DNA of 36,864 nt. It comes from a virus. Of the stretch, positions 15,124 through 23,866 are shown in pieces. The notes under the pieces are model-generated. The model saw only the letters and a program-made list of their open reading frames with translations, was not told where the DNA came from and did not search any database. Position numbers and translations under genes: made by a program. The stretch lies in UHGV virus genome UHGV-0204638. One strand, 5' to 3'. Position 1 is the stretch's first letter. Each line of letters opens with the position of its first letter.

Positions 15124-15247
15124 AGAATCACTCCTTTTAAATAAAATACCATAATAAACAAACAAAATAAATAAATACTATAAATGTTTGTAGATATGAA
15201 AATTTAGTAACGACAGGTATTGCCATCTAGAAAGAAGGAATTCAAAA

Positions 15248-15457
15248 GTGAATTTACCAATTAGTGAGTGCCCGCATTGTGGCGGAGTGGTTTTTTACCG
15301 CAAGGATTACATGAGTGGTCCTTCACAGTACTTTGCAAGCAACACAATAGAAGTAGAAAACGGATCTATGTATGACAGCGTAAGAGTTACTGAAGGTAAA
15401 TGGTGGCATTGTGATGATTGCTATAAGAGAATTTTTGAGAATGAAGACCTTGAGTAA
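15248..15457 (+). CDS. Zn-ribbon protein (CPHC...CDDC), 69 aa, GTG start.
   Basis: Two CxxC pairs. RBS GAAGGAA. Confidence 0.45.
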   Translation: MNLPISECPHCGGVVFYRKDYMSGPSQYFASNTIEVENGSMYDSVRVTEGKWWHCDDCYKRIFENEDLE

Positions 15458-15557
15458 TTCCACAATCCAACAAATTATTTGATTAAGTAATTTCGAAAGA
15501 GAACGAGAAAATATAAATAAGTATAAACAATGTGGTAAAAAGCTTTAAATCAACAAA

Positions 15558-15580
15558 AGCAGACTAATTAATAGTCTGCT
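15558..15580. terminator. Bidirectional hairpin terminator (9-bp stem AGCAGACTA/TAGTCTGCT).
   Basis: Perfect 9-bp stem with a 5-nt loop and T-rich flanks on both strands. It overlaps the stop of the - strand HTH gene. Confidence 0.6.
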
Positions 15581-16076
15581 AGAGAAATCTTTTTTTAGGG
15601 ACAATATTTCCTAGAGCAAGAATTTTTTTTAAAGCTACTTGTATTTCTTGATCGGTATTTGTTCTGCTGTCAATCTGACCACCAACAGAGTCTCCACACA
15701 CTCCATAATAATAGCCAATCACAGGATCGAGAATTTTGTAGATTTCCTGAAACGCACCTGTTTCCTTATTCTTAAGGTATGATTCGGTGTTCTTGTTAGT
15801 CTGAATAACGTAATCGAACGCTTTCCCATGTTTCATTCGGTCGAACAATTCATAGGTTAGATTTTCTACTTGATTGATAGAAAAGCGAGTAAGTAAAATT
15901 GCCGTCTGCATAGGCATATTTAATATATCCGACTTACCAGTCCTATATTTACTGATTGCCGTGCGTGTGATTCCTGTCTTTGCTTCAATTTGATAAGCAG
16001 ATGGGCCAGAGTCAAGAAGTACTTTTATTAATTGTAAATCAGCAATAGTTGAATCAGAGTATTCTTTATTCGTAAT
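15579..16076 (-). CDS. XRE-family HTH regulator with a C-terminal domain of about 110 aa. The HTH lies upstream of the first ATG, so translation must begin at a non-canonical codon (candidate ATT at 16076).
   Basis: The in-frame region upstream of MPMQ (15917) reads GTIITNKEYSDSTIADLQLIKVLLDSGPSAYQIEAKTGITRTAISKYRTGKSDILN, a classic XRE HTH, back to a stop at 16089. There is no ATG, GTG or TTG in that stretch. AAAAGGGGA lies 5 nt upstream of ATT. Confidence 0.45.
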   Translation of the reverse strand: MTNKEYSDSTIADLQLIKVLLDSGPSAYQIEAKTGITRTAISKYRTGKSDILNMPMQTAILLTRFSINQVENLTYELFDRMKHGKAFDYVIQTNKNTESYLKNKETGAFQEIYKILDPVIGYYYGVCGDSVGGQIDSRTNTDQEIQVALKKILALGNIVPKKRFL

Positions 16077-16194
16077 TATCGTCCCCTTTTAGTTTTTAGA
16101 TAACAAATAAAGGATAACGTAAACATAAGTATACGTCAACATATATTTACTAAAGGACGGTATTTTCAACTATACGATGAGATAACGAAAGGAT

Positions 16195-16392
16195 ATGTTT
16201 ATGAAAAATAAGTATGTAATCTGTGCATTCTTGGGATTAATCGCAATATCATCTTGGCTTTCTGCATATATGATTTTGTCCCAATCAAAACAAATCGAGT
16301 ACCTTGAAGATCAGCTGCAGCATGAGCGAATGAAGTACAAGATTATTATCAACGATCCGTTAGTTAGGGATGCGATGGAAGCAGGAGGATGA
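16195..16392 (+). CDS. Small membrane protein (65 aa).
   Basis: Single TM helix (YVICAFLGLIAISSWLSAYMIL). RBS GAAAGGA. Confidence 0.4.
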   Translation: MFMKNKYVICAFLGLIAISSWLSAYMILSQSKQIEYLEDQLQHERMKYKIIINDPLVRDAMEAGG

Positions 16393-16571
16393 AGATGACA
16401 ATTGCAGTACTAGGTACAACGGCTTTTGTCGTGATTATGTTTCTATATGTTGTGATAGGCAAGGCTACTGACAAAAAGGAGCAAGATTATGGAGGACGCT
16501 ATTTTATGGAACAAGATGGCTTTGATCATCGAAGTGATCGTCACAGAGCAGTTAAAAGAGATCGAAAGTAA
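16389..16571 (+). CDS. Small membrane protein (60 aa).
   Basis: Single TM helix (IAVLGTTAFVVIMFLYVVIG). ATGA overlap with the preceding gene. Confidence 0.4.
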   Translation: MKMTIAVLGTTAFVVIMFLYVVIGKATDKKEQDYGGRYFMEQDGFDHRSDRHRAVKRDRK

Positions 16572-16673
16572 AGCAAAATAAAAAGCATTAAGCAATCGCC
16601 CAATGCCCCCAAAATAATGATTTTGTCCCCGCCAAGGTAATTTCATTATACCAAATAAAGGGGCGATTGAGCA

Positions 16674-17090
16674 ATGATGCTATTACTAAGAGAAGTTGAT
16701 TTCTCTCAAACGAGAAAGAATGCACGATATGTTTTGAAGAACTACCGTCGGTTGGAGCGGATTGCAGGTCGTTCAAAGATCGATGTCCGCTCACCGATTA
16801 TTACTGATATGCCTAGAACACCTAGTAATGGAAATAAGTCTGAGGATGCTTTTATTCAAAGATTGGATGCAGAAACAGAAAGAGATGCAATAATCGTGGC
16901 ACTTATGGCTTTGAAGCTAACAAGCAGACAGATACTTCATTATAGCTTCTGCTTACAAGATCAGTATTCTAATCTACGGATCGCAGATGAGATGGGCTAT
17001 TCAGTTCGGCAAATTGAGCGAATGAAATCAGATGCATTGGTTGAATTTGCTGAAAGTTATCGTCGTGGCAAGCTTGTCGCTTATCGCTGA
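16674..17090 (+). CDS. arpU: ArpU-family late transcriptional regulator.
   Basis: 138 aa. It has the ArpU N-terminal motif and C-terminal region-4-like SVRQIERMKSDALVEF. It occupies the typical position upstream of the terminase genes. Confidence 0.65.
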   Translation: MMLLLREVDFSQTRKNARYVLKNYRRLERIAGRSKIDVRSPIITDMPRTPSNGNKSEDAFIQRLDAETERDAIIVALMALKLTSRQILHYSFCLQDQYSNLRIADEMGYSVRQIERMKSDALVEFAESYRRGKLVAYR

Positions 17091-17319
17091 AAAATGGCGG
17101 TTTTTTGGCGGTATGATGGCGGTTTAGTGCCAATAATCCATAGTAAGATAGTATTATCAATTATTGTAAATAACAGGGCGCACTCCTTTAACATACGTTG
17201 GCAGACATCCTTTCTGAAAATTATTCCCAGCGCCCTGTATTTAATTAAGACGGCGACAAAAAATCTATCATGAATGGAGTTGAACACACTCCTTATCTTC
17301 ATTCGCTAGCCGTCTTTTT

Positions 17320-17393
17320 CAGGAATTGGCTCAGTTTGGTCGAGCATCAGATTTTTAATCTGAAAGTCGTGGGTTCAAGTCCTACATTCCTGA
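17320..17393 (+). tRNA. tRNA-Lys (anticodon UUU), phage-encoded.
   Basis: Hand-folded. Perfect 7-bp acceptor stem CAGGAAT/ATTCCTG. D-arm is GCTC-AGTTTGGTC-GAGC. Anticodon stem TCAGA/TCTGA holds the loop TTTTTAA with U33 and A37. T-arm is GTGGG-TTCAAGT-CCTAC. Discriminator is A; no encoded CCA. Confidence 0.8.
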
Positions 17394-17445
17394 TTGGGAG
17401 TTGTCGATTGGATTACTCACACAATCTTTGATACTTCCTACTTAA

Positions 17446-17468
17446 CAGCCTTTCGGGGCTGTTTTTTC
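17446..17468 (+). terminator. Rho-independent terminator downstream of tRNA-Lys.
   Basis: CAGCC-tttcgg-GGCTG followed by TTTTTT. Confidence 0.6.
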
Positions 17469-17520
17469 TATTGGGTATCACTTTGTTTCTTGGTATGATA
17501 TAGGTAAAGGAGTGAAAATA

Positions 17521-18048
17521 TTGAATAGTGAAATAACCGATTTTTTTAAAATGCAAATTGAGCATGCAAATTTTGTGTCTGATTCCATGATAGCTATAGC
17601 AGGTATAATGCTTACACTGTCAGTATTTGTTGTTACTTATCAACTGGTTTTGAATAAAAAAACAATTGATACTTTGAAGAAAGACAATCAAAAGTTAGTC
17701 AAGGATATCACAAGATACACCTTTATAATGGGAATCAGAAATCAAGCCGAAACTTCGTCAAGATTAGAAAATGTAAAAGATACAGTAGAATATTTTAATA
17801 AATATTTTTCTAATGACCTAGATATATTTGATGAGATGAAAAAGTATACATTGCAAATATTGCGAAATGAACTTTCTAGTTACTCCGCGTATCCAAATAT
17901 AACACCGGAAAATAATCACGACGAGATAAACAAATTGTTTGAGAAAGAATTTGATGAAAAAGAGTCAAAATTTAAAGGTGATGTGAAGACTGATGCTATG
18001 ATAAAAGATACGCGAGAGATAATTAATTTATTAAAGGATTTTTACTAA
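17521..18048 (+). CDS. Membrane protein (about 176 aa, one TM helix, TTG start) with its own promoter and terminator.
   Basis: RBS AAAGGAG is 8 nt before the TTG at 17521. An extended -10 TGGTATGAT lies upstream. The TM helix is IAIAGIMLTLSVFVVTYQLVL. The region is visibly AT-rich and is followed by a strong terminator. Confidence 0.5.
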   Translation: MNSEITDFFKMQIEHANFVSDSMIAIAGIMLTLSVFVVTYQLVLNKKTIDTLKKDNQKLVKDITRYTFIMGIRNQAETSSRLENVKDTVEYFNKYFSNDLDIFDEMKKYTLQILRNELSSYSAYPNITPENNHDEINKLFEKEFDEKESKFKGDVKTDAMIKDTREIINLLKDFY

Positions 18049-18053
18049 TTAGT

Positions 18054-18078
18054 AGGACCTCTCATGAGGTCTTTTTTT
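18054..18078 (+). terminator. Rho-independent terminator.
   Basis: GACCTC-tcat-GAGGTC followed by TTTTTTT. Confidence 0.7.
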
Positions 18079-18113
18079 ATACATAGAATTACAGGACAAA
18101 CACAGATTGCGAG

Positions 18114-18575
18114 GTGAGAGTAGTGAAATTAACTGAAAAACAACGTAGGTTTGCGGATGAGTACATTATCAGCGGTAATGCTACTCAAGCCGCTATTTCT
18201 GCTGGGTATAGTAAACGAACTGCTAAGTCTGTAGGTAGTGAGAACCTGACAAAACCTGACATTAGGCAATATATAGACGAAAGACTCGAGCAGCTGCAGT
18301 CTGAAAAGATTGCTAGTCAAGAAGAGGTCCTGGAATATTTGAGTAAGGTTATGCGAGGAGAAGAAACAGATCAAACGGTAGTCTTTCAAGGATCTGAATA
18401 TGGCTCAACGATAGAAGATGTGCAAGTAGCTAATAAAGATCGTATAAGAGCAGCTGAACTTCTTGGCAAAAGGTATAGCCTATGGACTGAAAAAGTGGAG
18501 CTAGATGGCAATATGGATCTGAAGGTGGTGGTTGATTATGGTGATGGCGAAAACGAAGCGCCAAATGATAGTTAA
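18114..18575 (+). CDS. terS: Terminase small subunit (Terminase_2 family). The probable start is the GTG at 18123.
   Basis: KLTEKQRRFADEYIISGNATQAAISAGYSKRTAKS is the Terminase_2 signature. RBS GAGGTGAGAG. Confidence 0.8.
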   Translation: MRVVKLTEKQRRFADEYIISGNATQAAISAGYSKRTAKSVGSENLTKPDIRQYIDERLEQLQSEKIASQEEVLEYLSKVMRGEETDQTVVFQGSEYGSTIEDVQVANKDRIRAAELLGKRYSLWTEKVELDGNMDLKVVVDYGDGENEAPNDS

Positions 18576-19833
18576 GGTACAATTTAACCGAAATTTCCAA
18601 ACCTATAACACCACTAGGAAAAGATATCGATTAGCTAAAGGATCAGCTGGTTCTGGTAAATCCGTAAATACTGCGCAAGACTTTATCATAAAACTTGGAG
18701 ATCCGAAATATAAAGGAGCAAATCTTCTCTGCGTTCGTAAAGTTGCCGAGTCAAATAAAGATAGTACGTATGCTGAATTGAAGTCTGCTATTTATAAGAT
18801 TTACGGATCTGACTACCACAAATATTGGTCCATTAAATCATCGCCTATGATGCTCGAATCAAAAATTACTGGCAATCAAGTGATATTTCGTGGAATGAAA
18901 GATGACGGACAGCGAGAAAAAGTAAAATCTATTACTTTTGATCGTGGAAAACTAACTTGGATATGGATCGAGGAAGCGACAGAACTTTATGAAGCCGATG
19001 TAGATATTCTTGATGACCGTTTACGTGGTAATTTGGATTTTAACCCATATCTTTACTATCAAATGACTTTTACTTTTAACCCGGTATCTGCTACTCACTG
19101 GATTAAGGCAAAGTATTTTGATGTAACACATCCAGACATCTTTACTCATCAATCCACATATCTACAGAATCGATTCATAGATGAAGCCTATCACCGGCGG
19201 ATGATGATGCGGAAAGAGCGTGATCCTGATGGATATCAAATCTATGGGCTCGGCGAATGGGGTGAGTCTGGTGGACTTATCCTTACTAATTACATTGTAG
19301 AAAACTTTAACACAGATCCAGAACGTTTTGACTACATGGTTAACGCTCAAGACTTTGGATTCAATCATGCCAATGCTATTGGTGAGATTGGATTTAAAGA
19401 TGGTGAGCTTTTTTTGTGCCGAGAAATCTACGAGTTCGAAAAAGATACGAGTGAACTTATTGCGATCGCTAATGAAAAAAGAATCAATAAAAAACTGGTT
19501 ATGTGGTGTGATTCTGCCGAGCCGGATCGAATTAAAATGTGGCGAAAAGCTGGCTATCATGCTGAACCAGTTGTAAAAGAACCCGGAAGTGTGTCAGCGC
19601 AGATCGATTATTTGAAGCAGATGCGCATCCATATCCATCCAAGTTGTACAAATACAATCAAAGAAATACAACAATGGAAGTGGAGAAAGGACGAGAAATC
19701 CAATACTTTTACAGATGTTCCGGTGAATTTCTTTGATGATGCAATGGCTATGTTGAGATACTCTATTGAACTGGAAAGGCGTAAAGGTCAGCAAGCCAAG
19801 AAAAGACGTACAAATAGGAAGACAGCATTTTAG
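18538..19833 (+). CDS. terL: Terminase large subunit (PBSX/Terminase_3-like).
   Basis: Walker A-like AKGSAGSGKS and the ATPase/nuclease architecture. It overlaps the terS end. RBS GGTGGTGG. Confidence 0.8.
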   Translation: MVMAKTKRQMIVKVQFNRNFQTYNTTRKRYRLAKGSAGSGKSVNTAQDFIIKLGDPKYKGANLLCVRKVAESNKDSTYAELKSAIYKIYGSDYHKYWSIKSSPMMLESKITGNQVIFRGMKDDGQREKVKSITFDRGKLTWIWIEEATELYEADVDILDDRLRGNLDFNPYLYYQMTFTFNPVSATHWIKAKYFDVTHPDIFTHQSTYLQNRFIDEAYHRRMMMRKERDPDGYQIYGLGEWGESGGLILTNYIVENFNTDPERFDYMVNAQDFGFNHANAIGEIGFKDGELFLCREIYEFEKDTSELIAIANEKRINKKLVMWCDSAEPDRIKMWRKAGYHAEPVVKEPGSVSAQIDYLKQMRIHIHPSCTNTIKEIQQWKWRKDEKSNTFTDVPVNFFDDAMAMLRYSIELERRKGQQAKKRRTNRKTAF

Positions 19834-19844
19834 GAGGTGGTTTC

Positions 19845-21377
19845 TTGACATCGAAAATTATTAGTGGCGGATCGTCAGGATCTGTTCCTAAAGAATATAT
19901 CAAAAAGAACGTGAGCATTGAGAAGAAAAGAACTCTAAAGTTTAAGTCTGCAGGTGGTTTTGATCAAAGAAGAGATTTGACCCAATTATCTCCACCATAT
20001 GATATTGCTACTTTACGATCAATCACCGATATATCTGACATTCTGAATCAATCAATTGAAGCATACGTAACGAACGTGGCTGGATTTGGTTTTGGTATAC
20101 GTTACAAGGTTGACGACACCGAAGAAACAGCAGAGATGAAGGCAGAATGGAATCAATTGGATACCCTTCTCAAAGAATTATCCTTTGAACGTCCGCCGAA
20201 AGAAGTGATTGAGGAGGTCATTCGACATGTTGAAGAATGCGGGAATGGCTATATTGAAGTTATTCGTAATCTTAAAGGTGATGTTGTAGGAATTGATTCT
20301 GTAAAGCCTGAGTACATGACTGTTACCAAACTAAATAGAGTTATAAATGCGGACGGATCAGAGATTAAGGTTCGCTATTTTGTTTTTCGTGATTCTATGG
20401 ATGATTCTGTTAAAGAATCTGGAACATGGTATAAAACCTATGGGGACCCTACTCCGTTGAATTCAAATGGAAGCGTGGGTTCTGAGGGGCAAGGCACAGC
20501 TACTGAAATCATTCACCTTAAAAATGGTGATTTTCAAGATCCTTATGGCAAGCCTCGCTGGGTAGGTCCATTGATTAAAATACTTGGAAATCGCAAAGCC
20601 GACGAATTGAACTATCGATATTTTACTCAGGGAAGACATATTCCTCTTGCCATCACGCTAGAGAATGCGCAGCTGACTGAACAATCCGAAGCCACGTTAC
20701 AGGCATATGCTAATGCAATTGGCGGGGAAGAAAATCAGCATAAGTTTTTATTGCTAGAAGCTGAAAAAGTAAGTCCTGCAGAAGAAGGGCTAGGATATGG
20801 GGAAGATAAATTCAAGCCAGCAATTAACATTGAGAAGTTAGCAGACATCTTACAAAAAGATGCTCTATTTCTTGAGTATGATGAGAACGTCATTGAATCA
20901 GTCCTTGGAGCATTCCGTTTGCCCCCGATTTATGTAGCAAGATCAAGCGACTATACAAGAGCTACTGCTGAGACTGCTAAAGAACTGACGGAAGAACAAG
21001 TGTTCCAGCCTATGCGGGAATCTTACGATTGGCGTATTAATTCGCTTTTTAGGGAATATGAATTCAAATATGTAGAAGTATTCTTGAAATCGTCCAATCT
21101 TGTAAATATGGAGGATGTTAAAGCGATTCTCACACCAGCTATTCAAGCAAATGCAGTCGCTCCCAATGATTTGAGGGATATTCTTTCAAAAGCTCTCAAT
21201 AAGCCGCTAGAAGCTTTTGACGGAGAAGAGTACAATTATCCGCTTAATAGACAATCATCGTCATCAGCGTTTAATCTTGGTGAATTGGACGTGTCTAAGG
21301 CATATGGTGAAGGAGAAGTAAGTGAAGTTGCAGCGAGTATTCGTCGTATGATCCGGAGTGTGAAGGCAAATGAATGA
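19845..21377 (+). CDS. Portal protein.
   Basis: 510 aa immediately after terL. TTG start with RBS AGGAGGTGG. SPP1-like portal length and charge pattern. Confidence 0.7.
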   Translation: MTSKIISGGSSGSVPKEYIKKNVSIEKKRTLKFKSAGGFDQRRDLTQLSPPYDIATLRSITDISDILNQSIEAYVTNVAGFGFGIRYKVDDTEETAEMKAEWNQLDTLLKELSFERPPKEVIEEVIRHVEECGNGYIEVIRNLKGDVVGIDSVKPEYMTVTKLNRVINADGSEIKVRYFVFRDSMDDSVKESGTWYKTYGDPTPLNSNGSVGSEGQGTATEIIHLKNGDFQDPYGKPRWVGPLIKILGNRKADELNYRYFTQGRHIPLAITLENAQLTEQSEATLQAYANAIGGEENQHKFLLLEAEKVSPAEEGLGYGEDKFKPAINIEKLADILQKDALFLEYDENVIESVLGAFRLPPIYVARSSDYTRATAETAKELTEEQVFQPMRESYDWRINSLFREYEFKYVEVFLKSSNLVNMEDVKAILTPAIQANAVAPNDLRDILSKALNKPLEAFDGEEYNYPLNRQSSSSAFNLGELDVSKAYGEGEVSEVAASIRRMIRSVKANE

Positions 21378-22182
21378 TGAAGAGTTAATCAAAGCCGCTT
21401 TACAGCTAAAAAAAGAAGAGGATGATGAACTGGCTAAGCTTCTAGAAAAGACTGGCTTTTTATTTGTTCCGATTTTGCTCAAGTATATTTTGCAAACCGA
21501 GGATAAGATGGATGACACGCTACAGATTGACTATGAAGAAGTCTGGGAGAAAGTACAGAAGTTCCTGGAGAAAAGGAAAAAGAAACCCACCAAGTTATCT
21601 ATCAAGGCCATGCTTAGAGGAAGGTCGTTTAAATCAAACATGGAAGAAAGTGTTATCCCAGAACTGAGAAAAGCTTTCTTTGGGTTATTTGATGAATTTA
21701 ATGCTAAGTATGACGGATTTGAAGACTTTGATTATCAGACTAAACACTACCGAGACATCGAAAAATGGCTTAGGAAGCTGCCTAAACTTATGAATGTTAC
21801 CACAGAAAATGCCATCATCGATTTAATTCAAGAATCTTTCGATGAAGGCAAAGGAATTCGGTGGCTTGAAAGAAAACTTTCATCTTTACCTGAGTTCTCT
21901 CGGAAACGTGCTAGGACAACGGCAATCACCGAGGGTTTAAGAATGTACTCAGGCAGCCAGTATGAAGCTTTCATGCAAAATGATGCTGTTATTGGCATGA
22001 CTTGGCGACATACTCATGGCATAAAAGAACCGAGAAAAGGTCACGAGACAATGGACGGTCAAACAATCTCTAAAGGCGAGTATTTCATCGTCAATGGCGA
22101 AAGTTGCCGTTATCCTCGTGACCCTATGTTATCTGCTAAAGAGTCAATTCATTGTCACTGTTTTGTGGTGCCAGTTTTATAG
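21370..22182 (+). CDS. Head morphogenesis protein (Phage_Mu_F / SPP1 gp7-like minor capsid).
   Basis: The C-terminal GMTWRHTHGIKEPRKGHETMDGQTI...SIHCHCFVVPV is Mu F-like. ATGA overlap with the portal gene. Confidence 0.65.
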   Translation: MNDEELIKAALQLKKEEDDELAKLLEKTGFLFVPILLKYILQTEDKMDDTLQIDYEEVWEKVQKFLEKRKKKPTKLSIKAMLRGRSFKSNMEESVIPELRKAFFGLFDEFNAKYDGFEDFDYQTKHYRDIEKWLRKLPKLMNVTTENAIIDLIQESFDEGKGIRWLERKLSSLPEFSRKRARTTAITEGLRMYSGSQYEAFMQNDAVIGMTWRHTHGIKEPRKGHETMDGQTISKGEYFIVNGESCRYPRDPMLSAKESIHCHCFVVPVL

Positions 22183-22785
22183 GTTTCTCTTTTCTACATC
22201 ATGAAATCCATTTTCTAGCGTGTTGGTTAGATCTAGGAACCCCCGCGAAACATTGTCCTTAGCACTTGATTTATGTTTTTCGTGTTTCAAATAAAAAGTT
22301 TTTTCTAAACGATCCATATTAATATTGAATTTTTCTTTCTTTTTAAATCTCCCATTTTCATATTCAATTTCGATTTCGATGTGAGAAGGTATATCTTCAT
22401 CAATTAGTCCGTTAAGTATTGTTTGACCAGCAACTATATAAGAATCTTTTAAAGCATTTAAAAATTGCTTTTCTAAATCATGAAGGCTGTCTGAGAAAGA
22501 AATATTTGTAATCTTAGCTGAAGAATTTCCAATGTTTTTTACTATCAAATATTTCGCAAAGTAGCCAGTAGAAATCGTGTCAGCATAAATGACAATGTGA
22601 GGATTATTTGTTTCTTTAATGATATTTCTATTTTGAATAAGAGAAGCTAATGAAATAATTATAGCTACTAAAGAAATAAAAAGCGTAGCTATGGTAGACC
22701 AAACGGCTATCCAATCTGAGTTTGTTAATGTTGACCAATCCAATATAAACACTCCAATCTTTTTATTATAAATATTATACATCAT
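22177..22785 (-). CDS. Antisense-oriented membrane-anchored protein (about 200 aa) filling the gap between the head morphogenesis and scaffold genes. Start uncertain (22785 or 22872).
   Basis: A 600-bp ORF sits where no + strand ORF exists. The TM helix is WIAVWSTIATLFISLVAIIISLASLI. The region is visibly AT-rich relative to neighbours. No clear SD at any candidate start. Confidence 0.4.
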   Translation of the reverse strand: MMYNIYNKKIGVFILDWSTLTNSDWIAVWSTIATLFISLVAIIISLASLIQNRNIIKETNNPHIVIYADTISTGYFAKYLIVKNIGNSSAKITNISFSDSLHDLEKQFLNALKDSYIVAGQTILNGLIDEDIPSHIEIEIEYENGRFKKKEKFNINMDRLEKTFYLKHEKHKSSAKDNVSRGFLDLTNTLENGFHDVEKRNL

Positions 22786-22802
22786 TGAAAGGTGGTGAGA
22801 AA

Positions 22803-23852
22803 ATGCGAAAACTAGAAAACGTTCTTGTAACACATGTTTCATACGTGGATAAGGCAGCAAATAAGAAATCATTCTTTCTTACTAAGTCTGCCGAAAAACT
22901 GAAACCTACTTTCGAAACAGAAGTTAGATTGGTTACCAAGGCTGACGATCCGCAAAAGCTGGTATATGGTGTTGTTTATGAGCCAGACGTTGAGGATGTT
23001 CATGGAGATTACATGGATGCTGAAACGATTGAGAAAGCCGCTCATGGATTCATGGCCGATTATCAGCAAATTGACAAACAGCACGATTTCACCACGAACG
23101 CCGGAAAAGTGGTGGAGAGTTATGTTGCTCCTGTAGAAATGAATATTGGAGATACCACAATTACGAAAGGCACGTGGGTTCTTGTTACAAAGGCAACTGA
23201 TGAAATGTGGGAATCGATTCAGAAAGGTGAGTTCACAGGCTATTCTTTGGCCGGAACTGCTCAAGTTGAAGAAGTTCAGAAGCAAACCACGGACAACTTT
23301 GAAAGAGGTAAAACCTATCGGGATGTTAATGCGGCGATCGATGCTTTCAGATCGGCCACTTGGTCAATCTTGGACAACTACACAGACAGCGATGCGGATA
23401 AAGTCGCCAGCATTCAGTCGGAAATCGGCGAGTTATCCACACTTATCGGCACAATAAATACAACTAAATCTATTACCAAACAAGGACTAATCGAAACGAT
23501 TAAGTCCTTTTTTAGTACAAATAAATCCGAGGAGGATGAGGAAATGACAGAAGAACAGTTAAAAAAAGCGCTCGGCGAAGCGCTGAAACCAGTAAACGAT
23601 CGTTTATCAGCTTTGGAAAAAGGCGATAAATCAGATGAAAAACCAGAAACAGCGAATTCAGAAGCTAGCGTTGAATTAGATGCTGATGCTATTGCTAAGG
23701 CTGTTTCAGAAGCTGTAGCACCTTTGAATGCGAAGATCGAGAATCTAGAAAAATCTCGAATCAGCAACAATGCAGAACAAAATTACACAGAAACAGTTGA
23801 GAAATCGGTTGTACCATCTTATGTGGACGCTGCTTTCCCAATTTCTGAATAA
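22803..23852 (+). CDS. XkdF-like prohead protease domain fused to a scaffold-like coiled-coil C-terminus.
   Basis: The N-terminal MRKLENVLVTHVSYVDKAANKKSFFLTKSAE...GVVYEPDVEDVHGDYMDAETIEKAAHGFM matches XkdF/Peptidase_S78_2. The C-terminal half is acidic and alpha-helical. RBS AAAGGTGGTGAG. Confidence 0.6.
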   Translation: MRKLENVLVTHVSYVDKAANKKSFFLTKSAEKLKPTFETEVRLVTKADDPQKLVYGVVYEPDVEDVHGDYMDAETIEKAAHGFMADYQQIDKQHDFTTNAGKVVESYVAPVEMNIGDTTITKGTWVLVTKATDEMWESIQKGEFTGYSLAGTAQVEEVQKQTTDNFERGKTYRDVNAAIDAFRSATWSILDNYTDSDADKVASIQSEIGELSTLIGTINTTKSITKQGLIETIKSFFSTNKSEEDEEMTEEQLKKALGEALKPVNDRLSALEKGDKSDEKPETANSEASVELDADAIAKAVSEAVAPLNAKIENLEKSRISNNAEQNYTETVEKSVVPSYVDAAFPISE

Positions 23853-23866
23853 AGGGGGAAACACAA

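Noticed and set aside
15579-16089. Apparent -1 frameshift splitting the HTH gene into two frames.
   Set aside because: On recounting the sequence (caatttgata has three T, not two), the HTH and the downstream MPMQ segment are in the same frame. There is no frameshift. The anomaly is the missing canonical start codon.
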